A stretch of 51,021 nucleotides of DNA from Cyanobacteria bacterium P01_D01_bin.156 (lineage in GTDB: Bacteria; Cyanobacteriota; Cyanobacteriia; Phormidesmidales; Phormidesmidaceae). The notes below the pieces were generated by a model that worked only from the letters and a program-made list of their open reading frames with translations, did not search any database and had not been told where the DNA came from. Of the stretch, positions 1 to 8,751 are shown one piece after another (the first letter of the stretch is position 1; each line of letters begins with the position of its first letter). A program made the position numbers and the translations under genes. Location of the stretch: positions 1 to 51,021 of the forward strand of contig JBCCQQ010000047.1 of NCBI GenBank assembly GCA_039024555.1, written 5' to 3'.

Positions 1-363
1 GGGTTTTATCGGAAAGTACACCAGCTCTACTTTTAACTAAATTGCTGAACAAGAAAACTGAGAGGCCTAAAGCCTTTGAATTATCTGACTTAGCGGCTTA
101 AAAAAACGACTGAACAGAAACAAAACTATTCACTGGCCAGTAATAAGAGTATCATTTGTGCTGATTGGGAATCACTTTCTAGTATTTTAGAGATTATTGC
201 GAAGCCTAAGCTAAAGGAAATTTGCCGGTTTTATCAATCATCAAGAGATGCTCATCAGAGGCCTCGAAATTGGGAAGTGTTTTCAGAGAGTGTAGAAGTT
301 GGAGAATGGACATACAAATATCCAATTATTGGCACGAATCAGAATTCTGATTTTGATGACTAA
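1..363 (+). pseudogene. Possible 3' end of a frameshifted gene entering from the left edge
   Basis: Frame 3 is open 3-101 and frame 1 is open 94-363 (TAA 361-363) with no ATG. Joining them needs a one-base shift near 93-106, next to an A7 run. No family recognised. Confidence 0.3.
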
Positions 364-366
364 AAT

Positions 367-1032
367 TTATAGGTTCTGAAATTGTAACTGCTGATGAAAC
401 CAACTAGCTGCAGCTGTATTTGTTTCTGTTTCCAAACGTTCTAATGTTTGCTCTACTAGTGAAAGTTTCAGACCTGGCAGTACTTGCGATATCTCAAGTG
501 ATTGATAGCTGCCCGATTCAGTTAACCCAAACGCAAACAGACGCATCCCTTTAACATCAATCACCCAATACTCAGAAATGCCTAAACTCGCATAAAGTTG
601 TTTCTGTTCATCTAAGTCCAAACTCAGTGTGGTGTCACCAATTTCACCGACCAAATCCGGTAGACGGTGGCGAGTTGTGCTGATGCGTCGAGGTTCACCC
701 GGCTGCCATTTAGGAATATTATCTCCCTTATACAGTACTAAATCTGGTGCACAAGCCTGAGTTTCTGGCTTCTCAATCAAGCAGCGGCCATAGGATTGAA
801 ATGTTTCATCTGGATGCAGAAAGGCCCATACGAAGAAAATCGCTGTTACCAAATCACTAAATGAGGCATGATTCGGTCCTTCCTTACCCATGTCAGCCCA
901 GAGCCATCCTTGATAAAACGCAATCTTGCGCCAGTCGATTTCCTGACTATCCCTTAGAGCAGCATAATCCTGCCAGGTAGCATTGTACTGCTGGCGAATG
1001 TGAGTAACGCTCTTATCAAGAGAGATGGTCAT
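367..1032 (-). CDS. Uma2 (DUF820) family PD-(D/E)XK-fold putative endonuclease
   Basis: 221-aa ORF with 'APDLVLY...PDLVGEIGDTT...KQLYASLGISEYWVID', typical of cyanobacterial Uma2 proteins. Confidence 0.9.
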   Translation of the reverse strand: MTISLDKSVTHIRQQYNATWQDYAALRDSQEIDWRKIAFYQGWLWADMGKEGPNHASFSDLVTAIFFVWAFLHPDETFQSYGRCLIEKPETQACAPDLVLYKGDNIPKWQPGEPRRISTTRHRLPDLVGEIGDTTLSLDLDEQKQLYASLGISEYWVIDVKGMRLFAFGLTESGSYQSLEISQVLPGLKLSLVEQTLERLETETNTAAASWFHQQLQFQNL

Positions 1033-1170
1033 GACTAAGCACTTAATTGAGATTTATGGTGCCCACATTCATCATAGCGCTCTACTCCGCTGCCAGTTGC
1101 TGCACAGATTCAGAGAATAGCTGCATAAGGTGGAGCAAGAATAGCCAATTTTGAAAATTCAAACTTAACC

Positions 1171-1190
1171 TTGACCAATTGGTTTAAGTT
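1171..1190. promoter_or_regulatory. Putative TetR operator upstream of tetR
   Basis: TTGACCAATTGGTTTAAGTT, an imperfect palindrome with 15/20 identity to the reverse complement of 1957-1976. Confidence 0.55.
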
Positions 1191-1228
1191 GGTTATTCTT
1201 AAATCAAGGTCGTTAACCAACCAGACTC

Positions 1229-1819
1229 ATGACACGCGGACCCAGCAAGCAATTTGACACCGAAGTTGCCCTTGGCAAGGCTATGGACGTGTTTTGGGAG
1301 CATGGCTACGAAGCCGCTAGCCTCTCACAGTTGCTCAAACAAATGGGTATCGGCAAAAAGAGTCTATATGACACCTTTGGCAACAAGCAATCATTATTTC
1401 TCAAGGCCCTAGAGCACTACGCCCAAACCACCTTACGAGATATCAAAGAACGCTTGTCGGCAGAAGGTTCTACCCTCAACAACATCAAACAGCTACTCCT
1501 CGACTGGCAAACTATGCACGGTCAGCCCGGTAGCTGTGGTTGTATGCTCGGTACCAACATTGCCGACTTTAACACCGAAGATGAAGCCATTGCCAAAGTC
1601 ATGCGCGGTTATCTGCGCCAGCTAGAAGACACCTTTAGCAGCGCCCTTACCCGTGCCCAACAGGCCGGAGAGCTGAGCCCCAACAAAAATTCACGGGACC
1701 TAGCCCGCCTGCTACTCTGCACCACCCAGGGCATTGCCCTTCTCGGCAGAGTTATGGAAGACGACACTACTCTACAAGGAGCCGTGCAATCAGCATTGTT
1801 ACTTTTAGAGGCAGACTAG
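1229..1819 (+). CDS. TetR/AcrR family transcriptional regulator (NemR/ComR-like)
   Basis: N-terminal HTH 'FWEHGYEAASLSQLLKQMGIGKKSLYDTFGNK' and C-terminal 'GCMLGTN' motif. Confidence 0.93.
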   Translation: MTRGPSKQFDTEVALGKAMDVFWEHGYEAASLSQLLKQMGIGKKSLYDTFGNKQSLFLKALEHYAQTTLRDIKERLSAEGSTLNNIKQLLLDWQTMHGQPGSCGCMLGTNIADFNTEDEAIAKVMRGYLRQLEDTFSSALTRAQQAGELSPNKNSRDLARLLLCTTQGIALLGRVMEDDTTLQGAVQSALLLLEAD

Positions 1820-1821
1820 AG

Positions 1822-1938
1822 CCCTCATTCTAAATCCCTCTCCCTGGGGAGAATGGCTTTGAAGACTTTTTAATCCAAAAGCAATTTTCCAACTCCAACT
1901 CTCCTTCTCTTTAGAGGAGAAGGGGCCGGGGGATGAGG
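1822..1938. repeat. Cyanobacterial intergenic palindromic (REP/MITE-like) repeat
   Basis: CCCTCATTCTAAATCCCTCTCCC...GGAGAAGGGGCCGGGGGATGAGG, with imperfect complementary ends and internal CTCCTTCTC/GAGGAG hairpins. Resembles a dispersed element I recall from filamentous cyanobacteria. Confidence 0.6.
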
Positions 1939-1956
1939 TTCACTTTTTTTTGTAAA

Positions 1957-1976
1957 AACTTAGACTGGTCGGTCAA
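1957..1976. promoter_or_regulatory. Putative second TetR operator upstream of SDR gene
   Basis: AACTTAGACTGGTCGGTCAA; reverse complement TTGACCGACCAGTCTAAGTT matches the 1171-1190 site. Confidence 0.55.
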
Positions 1977-2003
1977 TTTTGTTCACTTTTGGAGGTATTC
2001 ACC

Positions 2004-2741
2004 ATGGCACGTTTAACTAACAAAACAGCAGTGATCACTGGCGGCACTACTGGTATCGGTTTTGAAACTGCAAAACTGTTTATTGCTGAAGGCGCACGGG
2101 TGATAATCACCGGTCGCAACCGGTCTCGCCTGAATGAGGCAGTGGCATCCCTAGGTCCTAATGCCGCCGGTATCAAAGCTGATGTTCAATCTCTAGTCGA
2201 ACTGGACAGCCTCGCAACCCAAATTAAAAGCACCGTTGGCCAGTTTGACATTCTCTTTGCTAATGCAGGCATTGCTAAACGTGCCAACTTCCGCGACGTC
2301 ACTGAAGCTGACTTCGACCAAGAAATTGCCATTAACTTCAAGGGCGCATTCTTCACTGTCCAAAAGCTAGAGCCTCTGATGCAAGACGGTGGCAGTATTA
2401 TTCTTACCACCACTGTGCTTGACCAAACCGCTCTCCCCGGCGAAGGCATATACGGCGCCTCCAAAGCAGCCGTACGTTCTCTAGCTCGGTCCTTTAGTCG
2501 AGAACTGCTCGATCGAAAAATCCGTGTCAATGCCGTTGCACCTGGCCCTATTGAAACTCCCATTTGGTCCAAAATGGATCTTCCGGCAGATGTCCCTGCC
2601 CAAGTGCTGGGACGTACTCCCATCGGTCGTTTTGGTCAACCAGAAGAAGTTGCTAAAGCAGTCCTATTCTTAGCTAGCGATGACTCTTCCTACATGCTTG
2701 GTGAAGAAATTCTAGTTGATGGTGGCTGGGCAACGCTTTAG
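2004..2741 (+). CDS. SDR family NAD(P)-dependent oxidoreductase
   Basis: TGGTTGIG, NAG and YGASK motifs. ATG at 2004 follows a GGAGG RBS at 1991 (ORF track starts at 1989). Confidence 0.93.
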   Translation: MARLTNKTAVITGGTTGIGFETAKLFIAEGARVIITGRNRSRLNEAVASLGPNAAGIKADVQSLVELDSLATQIKSTVGQFDILFANAGIAKRANFRDVTEADFDQEIAINFKGAFFTVQKLEPLMQDGGSIILTTTVLDQTALPGEGIYGASKAAVRSLARSFSRELLDRKIRVNAVAPGPIETPIWSKMDLPADVPAQVLGRTPIGRFGQPEEVAKAVLFLASDDSSYMLGEEILVDGGWATL

Positions 2742-2831
2742 TTTTTATGAGGAAAAACAGCTACCCGTCAATGTACTGCTGTGCCAAAAATTGGCATTCG
2801 GTTGAATTGAACCTATTCTCTCTAAAATTTC

Positions 2832-2855
2832 AGGGCGCTCTTTGGGGTGCCCCTA
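2832..2855. repeat. REP-like GC-rich hairpin
   Basis: AGGGCGCTC-TTTG-GGGTGCCCCTA; its reverse complement begins TAGGGGCACC, as does the hairpin at 13983. Confidence 0.45.
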
Positions 2856-2892
2856 AGCTTGAATTAGATCTTGTACAACACCAGGAAAAATT

Positions 2893-3588
2893 ATGACAGA
2901 TTTTAAAATTGCTCTCATTGTTGGTGCAGGCGATGGTCTCAGTGCGTCTCTAGCCCGTCTGTTTAGTGCCAATGGTCTACAGGTGGCTCTCGCTGCTCGT
3001 AATATTAATAAATTAGAGTCCCTCAAGGATGAAATTGGCGCTCATGCATTTCAGTGCGATGCTGCCCAGGTTGATTCTGTTCATCAACTCTTTGATGCAT
3101 TGGATCAAAGTCTTGGGGCTCCAAATGTGGTTGTCTATAACCCTAGCTATCGTACCCGTGGTCCCATTGTTGATCTAGATCCTGTTGCTGTTCAACAAGC
3201 CTTGATGGTGACTGCCTATGGTGGATTTTTAGTGGGACAGCAGGCTGCAAAACGCATGGAGGCTAACGGTAAAGGCGCTATTCTATTTACCGGTGCATCC
3301 GCCAGTGTCAAAGGCTATCCCCAATCGGCTCCCTTTGCTATGGGTAAGTTTGCCCTGCGTGGTCTTGTGCAGAGTATGGCCCGTGAACTAGCTCCAAAAA
3401 ACATTCATGTGGCTCATTTTATTATTGATGGAGCAATTCTACCCCCTGGGCAAAAGCAGCCTGCAGACGAACCAGATCGTTTTCTAGAGCCGGATGCCAT
3501 TGCCACTAGCTACTGGCATGTGTTGCAACAACATTGCAGCGCATGGACTTGGGAAGTGGAATTACGTCCTTGGGTAGAAAAATTCTAG
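2893..3588 (+). CDS. SDR family oxidoreductase (atypical, FxxxK)
   Basis: 'VGAGDGLS' Rossmann motif, 'FTGASAS', 'FAMGKFALRGL', C-terminal 'WTWEVELRPWVEKF'. Confidence 0.9.
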   Translation: MTDFKIALIVGAGDGLSASLARLFSANGLQVALAARNINKLESLKDEIGAHAFQCDAAQVDSVHQLFDALDQSLGAPNVVVYNPSYRTRGPIVDLDPVAVQQALMVTAYGGFLVGQQAAKRMEANGKGAILFTGASASVKGYPQSAPFAMGKFALRGLVQSMARELAPKNIHVAHFIIDGAILPPGQKQPADEPDRFLEPDAIATSYWHVLQQHCSAWTWEVELRPWVEKF

Positions 3589-3725
3589 ACCATATTCCTT
3601 TCAAGGATGCTTTTATGCCTCATTTGTGCATCTTGATGCATTCTGTAGATGGATAGAACATAGCCCATGGATAGATTGTATGGGGTAGCCATGTTAGGCT
3701 CAAGCACCTTTCATCACTTGCTTCA

Positions 3726-4904
3726 ATGAATTCTGTAAAATCTCAGGTTGCAATTCTCGCCCTTTGTCAGGCGACGGCGATGACCACCAACACGGTTATG
3801 GTCACCGTGGCGGCTCTTATTGGTTATGCCCTGGCTACGGATAAAGCCTTGGCAACCTTACCTCTGGCCATGCGCCAAGTGGCAACCATGGTGGCGACTA
3901 TTCCCGCATCGTTATTGATGCAGCGTATAGGACGACGGGGTGGCTTTCTGGTGGGTGCTATGGTTGGCCTCTTAGGGGCTGCTATCGGTATTTACAGCCT
4001 CACTATTGCTAGCTTTTGGGTGTTTACGTTGTCTACCACACTGCTAGGGGTATCCAATAGCTTTGTAGGGTACTACCGATTTGCCGCCGCTGATGTGGCA
4101 GATGCAGCGTTTCGTCCCCAGGCAATTTCTTGGGTTTTAGCAGGGGGGATTTTGGCCGCTATCCTTGGACCTTGGGTTGCCACGGGCTCAAAAGGATGGT
4201 TTAACAGTGAGCTTTACATCGGATCTATTGTTGCTATTCTTGGTCTACAAATACTTACAGGTCTGCTTTTGTTGGGGGTAAAGGTGCCCGCCAGTAATAG
4301 TCAAAACAGTTCGCTCAACACCCGGCCATTAACCAAAATTATGCAGCAGCCTATATTTTTAGTGGCGGCTTTAGGGAGTACCGTTAGCTACAGTGTCATG
4401 GTGTTTGTTATGACTGCTACGCCTCTGGCTATGGCGGCCACGGACTACTCCTTTGACCAAACAGCCTCGGTGATTCAGTGGCATGTGCTGGGTATGTTTG
4501 CCCCGTCGCTGATAACAGGTTGGCTAATCAAACGTCTGGGAGTGTTGAAAATAGTTTTAATTGGAACTGTGATGACCCTAGCCTGCATCGGTCTAAATTT
4601 AGCAGGCACCTCATTTTGGCACTTTGCCACTGCATTGTTACTCCTGGGGCTGGGTTGGAACTTTATGTATGTGGGGTCCACCACCTTGCTAACGGAGACC
4701 CATACATCAGAAGAAAAGGGTAAGGTGCAGGCAGCCCATGATTTTATTATGTTTAGCTTTGTTGCCTTATCGACATTGTTAGCTGGGCGAGTATTCCATC
4801 GGTTCGATTGGGCCGTGCTTAATCAGATGAGTTGGCCAGTTGTTCTCCTTACGCTTGTCATGGTGCTATGGCTACAACAATGGCGCAGACGACGTTTGGC
4901 CTAA
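3726..4904 (+). CDS. MFS transporter
   Basis: 392-aa hydrophobic protein with 'MQRIGRRGGF' MFS loop motif and 'YRFAAAD'. Confidence 0.9.
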   Translation: MNSVKSQVAILALCQATAMTTNTVMVTVAALIGYALATDKALATLPLAMRQVATMVATIPASLLMQRIGRRGGFLVGAMVGLLGAAIGIYSLTIASFWVFTLSTTLLGVSNSFVGYYRFAAADVADAAFRPQAISWVLAGGILAAILGPWVATGSKGWFNSELYIGSIVAILGLQILTGLLLLGVKVPASNSQNSSLNTRPLTKIMQQPIFLVAALGSTVSYSVMVFVMTATPLAMAATDYSFDQTASVIQWHVLGMFAPSLITGWLIKRLGVLKIVLIGTVMTLACIGLNLAGTSFWHFATALLLLGLGWNFMYVGSTTLLTETHTSEEKGKVQAAHDFIMFSFVALSTLLAGRVFHRFDWAVLNQMSWPVVLLTLVMVLWLQQWRRRRLA

Positions 4905-5096
4905 AAATGCAAAGATTAGATGATGTTTCCCGGCAATGGGCGGTTGCGGTAGGCAGTGCGTGGCTAAATAACACTGTCTATTGTTTGTTTTTCTTAAAGA
5001 TTTAGCAGTTTCCTTAATGCGACTTTTTGAGATGGTCAGATAGTATGGCATATGGTTCAAAGCATTAAAGGTGGCTGAACTTAATTGTCCAAGGCG

Positions 5097-5666
5097 ATGA
5101 AGGATTTTCAACAGGTCGAGGTTATTAGCCGTTCTCAATGGCGTGATTGGTTAGCCAAGAACTATACCCAAACTGAAAGCATTTGGCTCGTTACCTACAA
5201 AAAACACACGGGTAGTCGCTATGTTCCCTACGATGCCGTTGTTGAAGAGGCGCTGTGTTTTGGTTGGATAGACAGTCTGCCACGAAAATTAGATAGCGAT
5301 CGCACTATGTTGCTGCTCTCTCCTCGTCGGCCCCAAAGCCCCTGGTCTAAACTCAACAAAGAGCGTGTTGCCCGTATGTTCAATCAGGGGCTGATGACCC
5401 CAGCTGGCCAAGAAAAAATTGATCAAGCCAAAGCCAACGGTTCCTGGACTTTTTTAGATGATGTTGAAGCCCTAATTATTCCAGACGACTTAGCAACAGC
5501 CCTAGCCGCTAATGTCCAGGCAAAAGAACATTTTGATGGATTTAGCCCTTCCTCTAAAAAAGGAATTTTGCAGTGGATCAAAAGTGCAAAACAAACCGCG
5601 ACTCGAGAAAAACGTATCCTCAAAACTGTTGAACTTGCCGCCCAGAACATTAAGGCTAACGGATAA
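5097..5666 (+). CDS. YdeI/OmpD-associated family protein
   Basis: 'VEEALCFGWIDS', 'WSKLNK' and 'AKQTATREKRI' signatures. ATG at 5097 (track starts at TTG 5085). Confidence 0.88.
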   Translation: MKDFQQVEVISRSQWRDWLAKNYTQTESIWLVTYKKHTGSRYVPYDAVVEEALCFGWIDSLPRKLDSDRTMLLLSPRRPQSPWSKLNKERVARMFNQGLMTPAGQEKIDQAKANGSWTFLDDVEALIIPDDLATALAANVQAKEHFDGFSPSSKKGILQWIKSAKQTATREKRILKTVELAAQNIKANG

Positions 5667-5722
5667 AAACGCTACGAGCCGTCGGTATTCGACAATAAAG
5701 CCCACACATCCCATCAACCTCT

Positions 5723-6241
5723 ATGTCTCAAGCTGCACGAATTATCCAAATTAACATCTCTGACGGTGGCGTACCCAAACGCCCTATCCCTGAAGTAGAA
5801 ATTACCTTAGAAGGACTGCTTGGCGATCGTCAACGCAACCTAAAATACCATGGTGGTCCCGACCGAGCTGTGTGCCTTTGGTCTGCCGACATTATTCAAA
5901 CCCTCCAAAACGAAGGACATCCCATTCAGTCAGGTAGTGCGGGTGAAAATATCACCATTACCGGCCTCTCCTGGGAAAAACTTGTTCCAAATACCCAAGT
6001 GCATCTAGGTAACACTGTTCAACTAAGGATTACCGACTATGCCCCACCCTGTCGAAAAATTAGTAAATATTTTAGCGATCGTCGCCATAGCCGAATTAGT
6101 CAAAAACATTATCCTGGAGTCAGCCGACTCTATGCTCGTGTTTTAACACCAGGTGTTGTTAGCACTGGAGACCAGGTTCATATCAATGAATTTATACCCC
6201 GACAAGACACACCGCGAAACACCTTCGGTACAGTTCAGTAA
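5723..6241 (+). CDS. MOSC domain protein (YiiM-like)
   Basis: 'GGVPK', 'GDRQ...HGGPDRAV', 'GENIT' and 'PC' motifs. Confidence 0.9.
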   Translation: MSQAARIIQINISDGGVPKRPIPEVEITLEGLLGDRQRNLKYHGGPDRAVCLWSADIIQTLQNEGHPIQSGSAGENITITGLSWEKLVPNTQVHLGNTVQLRITDYAPPCRKISKYFSDRRHSRISQKHYPGVSRLYARVLTPGVVSTGDQVHINEFIPRQDTPRNTFGTVQ

Positions 6242-6267
6242 TCCTCATCATATTTTCTAGAATTACC

Positions 6268-6954
6268 ATGCCTACCCCTCGGATTCTTATCGTTCTTACG
6301 TCCCATGATCAGCTTGGCAATACTAACCATGCCACGGGTTTTTGGCTAGAAGAATTGGCCTGCCCGTACTATATTTTTGTTGATGCTGGTGCCAGCGTGA
6401 CATTAGCATCCATCAAAGGAGGACAACCTCCCCTAGATCCTAAAAGTCACCTGGATGAGAGCCAAACAGAGGATACAAAGCGTTTTCTAGCCGATGGTGT
6501 TGCCCAGAAAGCTCTGGCTCACACCATTGCCATCGACCAGGTGAATGCAGATGACTACGATGCTATCTTTCTACCGGGTGGCCACGGCACCATGTGGGAT
6601 TTTTCCACCAGTGCCATCTTGAGCAGCCTGATTGCATCCTTTGATGCAGAGAAGAAAATTGTTGCTGCAGTCTGTCATGCCCCAGCAGGCCTAGTCAATG
6701 TGAAAACCTCATCTGGTGAACCCTTGGTCAAAGGAAAGACGGTCACTGCCTTTAGTAATAGCGAAGAGAAAGCCGTTGAGCTGGATGCCGTTGTTCCGTT
6801 TCTCCTGGAGACTCGCCTTCGCGAACTGGGCGCTACGTTTGAAGCAGGTCCTGACTGGGGGGCATTTTCAAAACAAGATGGAAACCTAATAACGGGACAG
6901 AATCCAGCCTCTTCTGAACCAGCAGCTAAAGCTGTTTTGGCAGCATTATCCTAA
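6268..6954 (+). CDS. DJ-1/PfpI (type 1 glutamine amidotransferase-like; Hsp31/glyoxalase III-like) protein
   Basis: 'GFWLEEL', 'PGGHG', 'AVCHAP' and 'ITGQNPAS' motifs. Confidence 0.92.
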   Translation: MPTPRILIVLTSHDQLGNTNHATGFWLEELACPYYIFVDAGASVTLASIKGGQPPLDPKSHLDESQTEDTKRFLADGVAQKALAHTIAIDQVNADDYDAIFLPGGHGTMWDFSTSAILSSLIASFDAEKKIVAAVCHAPAGLVNVKTSSGEPLVKGKTVTAFSNSEEKAVELDAVVPFLLETRLRELGATFEAGPDWGAFSKQDGNLITGQNPASSEPAAKAVLAALS

Positions 6955-6962
6955 CAGCTAAC

Positions 6963-6998
6963 TATGGATGTATCGCGATTAAGACCGATACATCCATA
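6963..6998 (+). terminator. Hairpin, probable terminator
   Basis: Perfect 13-bp stem TATGGATGTATCG/CGATACATCCATA directly after the DJ-1 stop; no U-tract on + strand. Confidence 0.55.
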
Positions 6999-7184
6999 AA
7001 AGTCAGGGAACGATAAATCTAACCGACACTGTTTTTAGAAGACGGTAAACGCACTCAATATACGCCTAAACACACAGCATCTTTAGGATGTTTTCAGGTT
7101 TTTAGTAGTAACATTGTTGAACTTGATCACATTTACGTTAGAATGCTGTAGCGAAGAATGTCAATGACACCCAATAATTAGAAT

Positions 7185-7982
7185 ATGCTCGGAGCAATTC
7201 TCGGAGATGCAATTGGCTCTGCTCATCAGCGGATTAAGACACAGAGCTTTGAAATAATCACTCCAGGCAGCCACTGGACAGAGAACACTATCTTTATGAT
7301 GGCCACTGCTGATTGTCTGCTCTATGGTGGTGAGTACGAGGAAGTCTACGAGCGTTGGTACGAGTGGTATCCAAAAATAGATGGTGGATACAACAACAGT
7401 TTTAGTCGTTGGGCTGCTGAAAATTGTTCTAAGCCCTATTACAGTTGTCGCAATGATGGGGCAGTCAGAGCAATTCCTGTTGCCTATGCTTTCGACAGTC
7501 TCAAAGAGGTGATGGAAGAAGCTGAACGTTCTGCTAAGGTCAGCCATAACCATCCAGATGGTATTAAGGGGGCTCAAGCCACTGCCGCTGCTGTCTTTTT
7601 AGCTAAGACAGGCACACCAAAGGAGACCATTGCCGGATTGCTCAGTAGCATTTTTGGTTATGATCTTCAAATGCCCTATCAATCTCTGCAAGATGGTTAT
7701 CAGTACAGCACTTTGGCTGGAGATACCGTAGCGCCAGCTATTATTGCTTTTCTTGACTCTAGCGGTTTTGAGGATGCTGTGCGCAAAGCTGTTGGTCTAG
7801 GTGGAGATGCCAAAACATTGGCTGCGATTACGGCAGGTATTGCTGAAGCGTTTTATCCTAAGGTGCCACCGTCTTTACGTAAGTGGGCCTGGGCACTGCT
7901 AGATGAAGGCCAGCAGGATATGATTACGGAATTTCGTGAAGAATTTGTTCAGGATGTGGCTGCAGCAAGAGCAGCAGCATAG
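7185..7982 (+). CDS. ADP-ribosylglycohydrolase (DraG/ARH) family protein with degenerate metal site
   Basis: 'MLGAILGDAIG', 'SHNHPDGIKGA', 'FEDAVRKAVGLGGD'. TDDT appears as TENT and GD(S/T)DT as GDAKT. Confidence 0.85.
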   Translation: MLGAILGDAIGSAHQRIKTQSFEIITPGSHWTENTIFMMATADCLLYGGEYEEVYERWYEWYPKIDGGYNNSFSRWAAENCSKPYYSCRNDGAVRAIPVAYAFDSLKEVMEEAERSAKVSHNHPDGIKGAQATAAAVFLAKTGTPKETIAGLLSSIFGYDLQMPYQSLQDGYQYSTLAGDTVAPAIIAFLDSSGFEDAVRKAVGLGGDAKTLAAITAGIAEAFYPKVPPSLRKWAWALLDEGQQDMITEFREEFVQDVAAARAAA

Positions 7983-8010
7983 GTCTTGTTAGGCGTTTGT
8001 TCTGACTCAG

Positions 8011-8610
8011 ATGCTCGATGTCAGTCAGTCATACACATTCACCAAGATTTTTGAGCTCAAGATTCCAGTTGATGAGCTTGCTGCTGAGCTGGGCTACACT
8101 CTAAATCGTTCTTGGCTGAGTTTGCCTCGTTTTCAAGGTGACCTAGATCGTATTGAAGAGCTTCGTGCCCGCATTGAAGAAATACTGCCATACGTGGATT
8201 TGGCCAGCGAAACGTCAAGGCGAGAAGTGCTGATATCGCGCGTTGTTTCAGAGTTGGTGCACTATACAAAAGCTCAGTTAAGGATTGAATATCCTCTCAA
8301 GGTTACTGCCCAGCTACAGGGGTATTTAGATTATCTTCTGAGAACCCAAACAGAGTTACTGGTTATAGAAGCTAAGCGACAAGATCTTGATTATGGGGTT
8401 ACTCAGCTGATCGCTGAAATGGTTGCTTTAGACCAGTGGGAGAAAACACCAGAGCAATCTATGTTGCTGGGTGTCATAACAACAGGAACTGTCTGGCAGT
8501 TTGCTTGGCTAAACCGCAATACGAAACATTTTGAGCAGGGTTTGGACAGCTATCGTGTTCCTGAGGACTTAGATGTTCTTATGCGCATTTTGGTAGCGGC
8601 TCTTACCTAA
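8011..8610 (+). CDS. PD-(D/E)XK nuclease-like protein (HsdR N-terminal-like)
   Basis: 'IEYPL...GYLDYLL...LVIEAK...TQLIAEM...GVITTGTVWQF'. Confidence 0.7.
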   Translation: MLDVSQSYTFTKIFELKIPVDELAAELGYTLNRSWLSLPRFQGDLDRIEELRARIEEILPYVDLASETSRREVLISRVVSELVHYTKAQLRIEYPLKVTAQLQGYLDYLLRTQTELLVIEAKRQDLDYGVTQLIAEMVALDQWEKTPEQSMLLGVITTGTVWQFAWLNRNTKHFEQGLDSYRVPEDLDVLMRILVAALT

Positions 8611-8751
8611 ATACGCATAAGATCAAGCACTGTAGACTAAGCAGAAGCGTCGCTATTTGTTTGGGAAAATCTAGAGGGCTGGCACAGGGTGTAGAAGAAA
8701 ATTAGCCTACGAAATTTCACTCAATATATTTCTTTAACAGCTACTAAGTCG

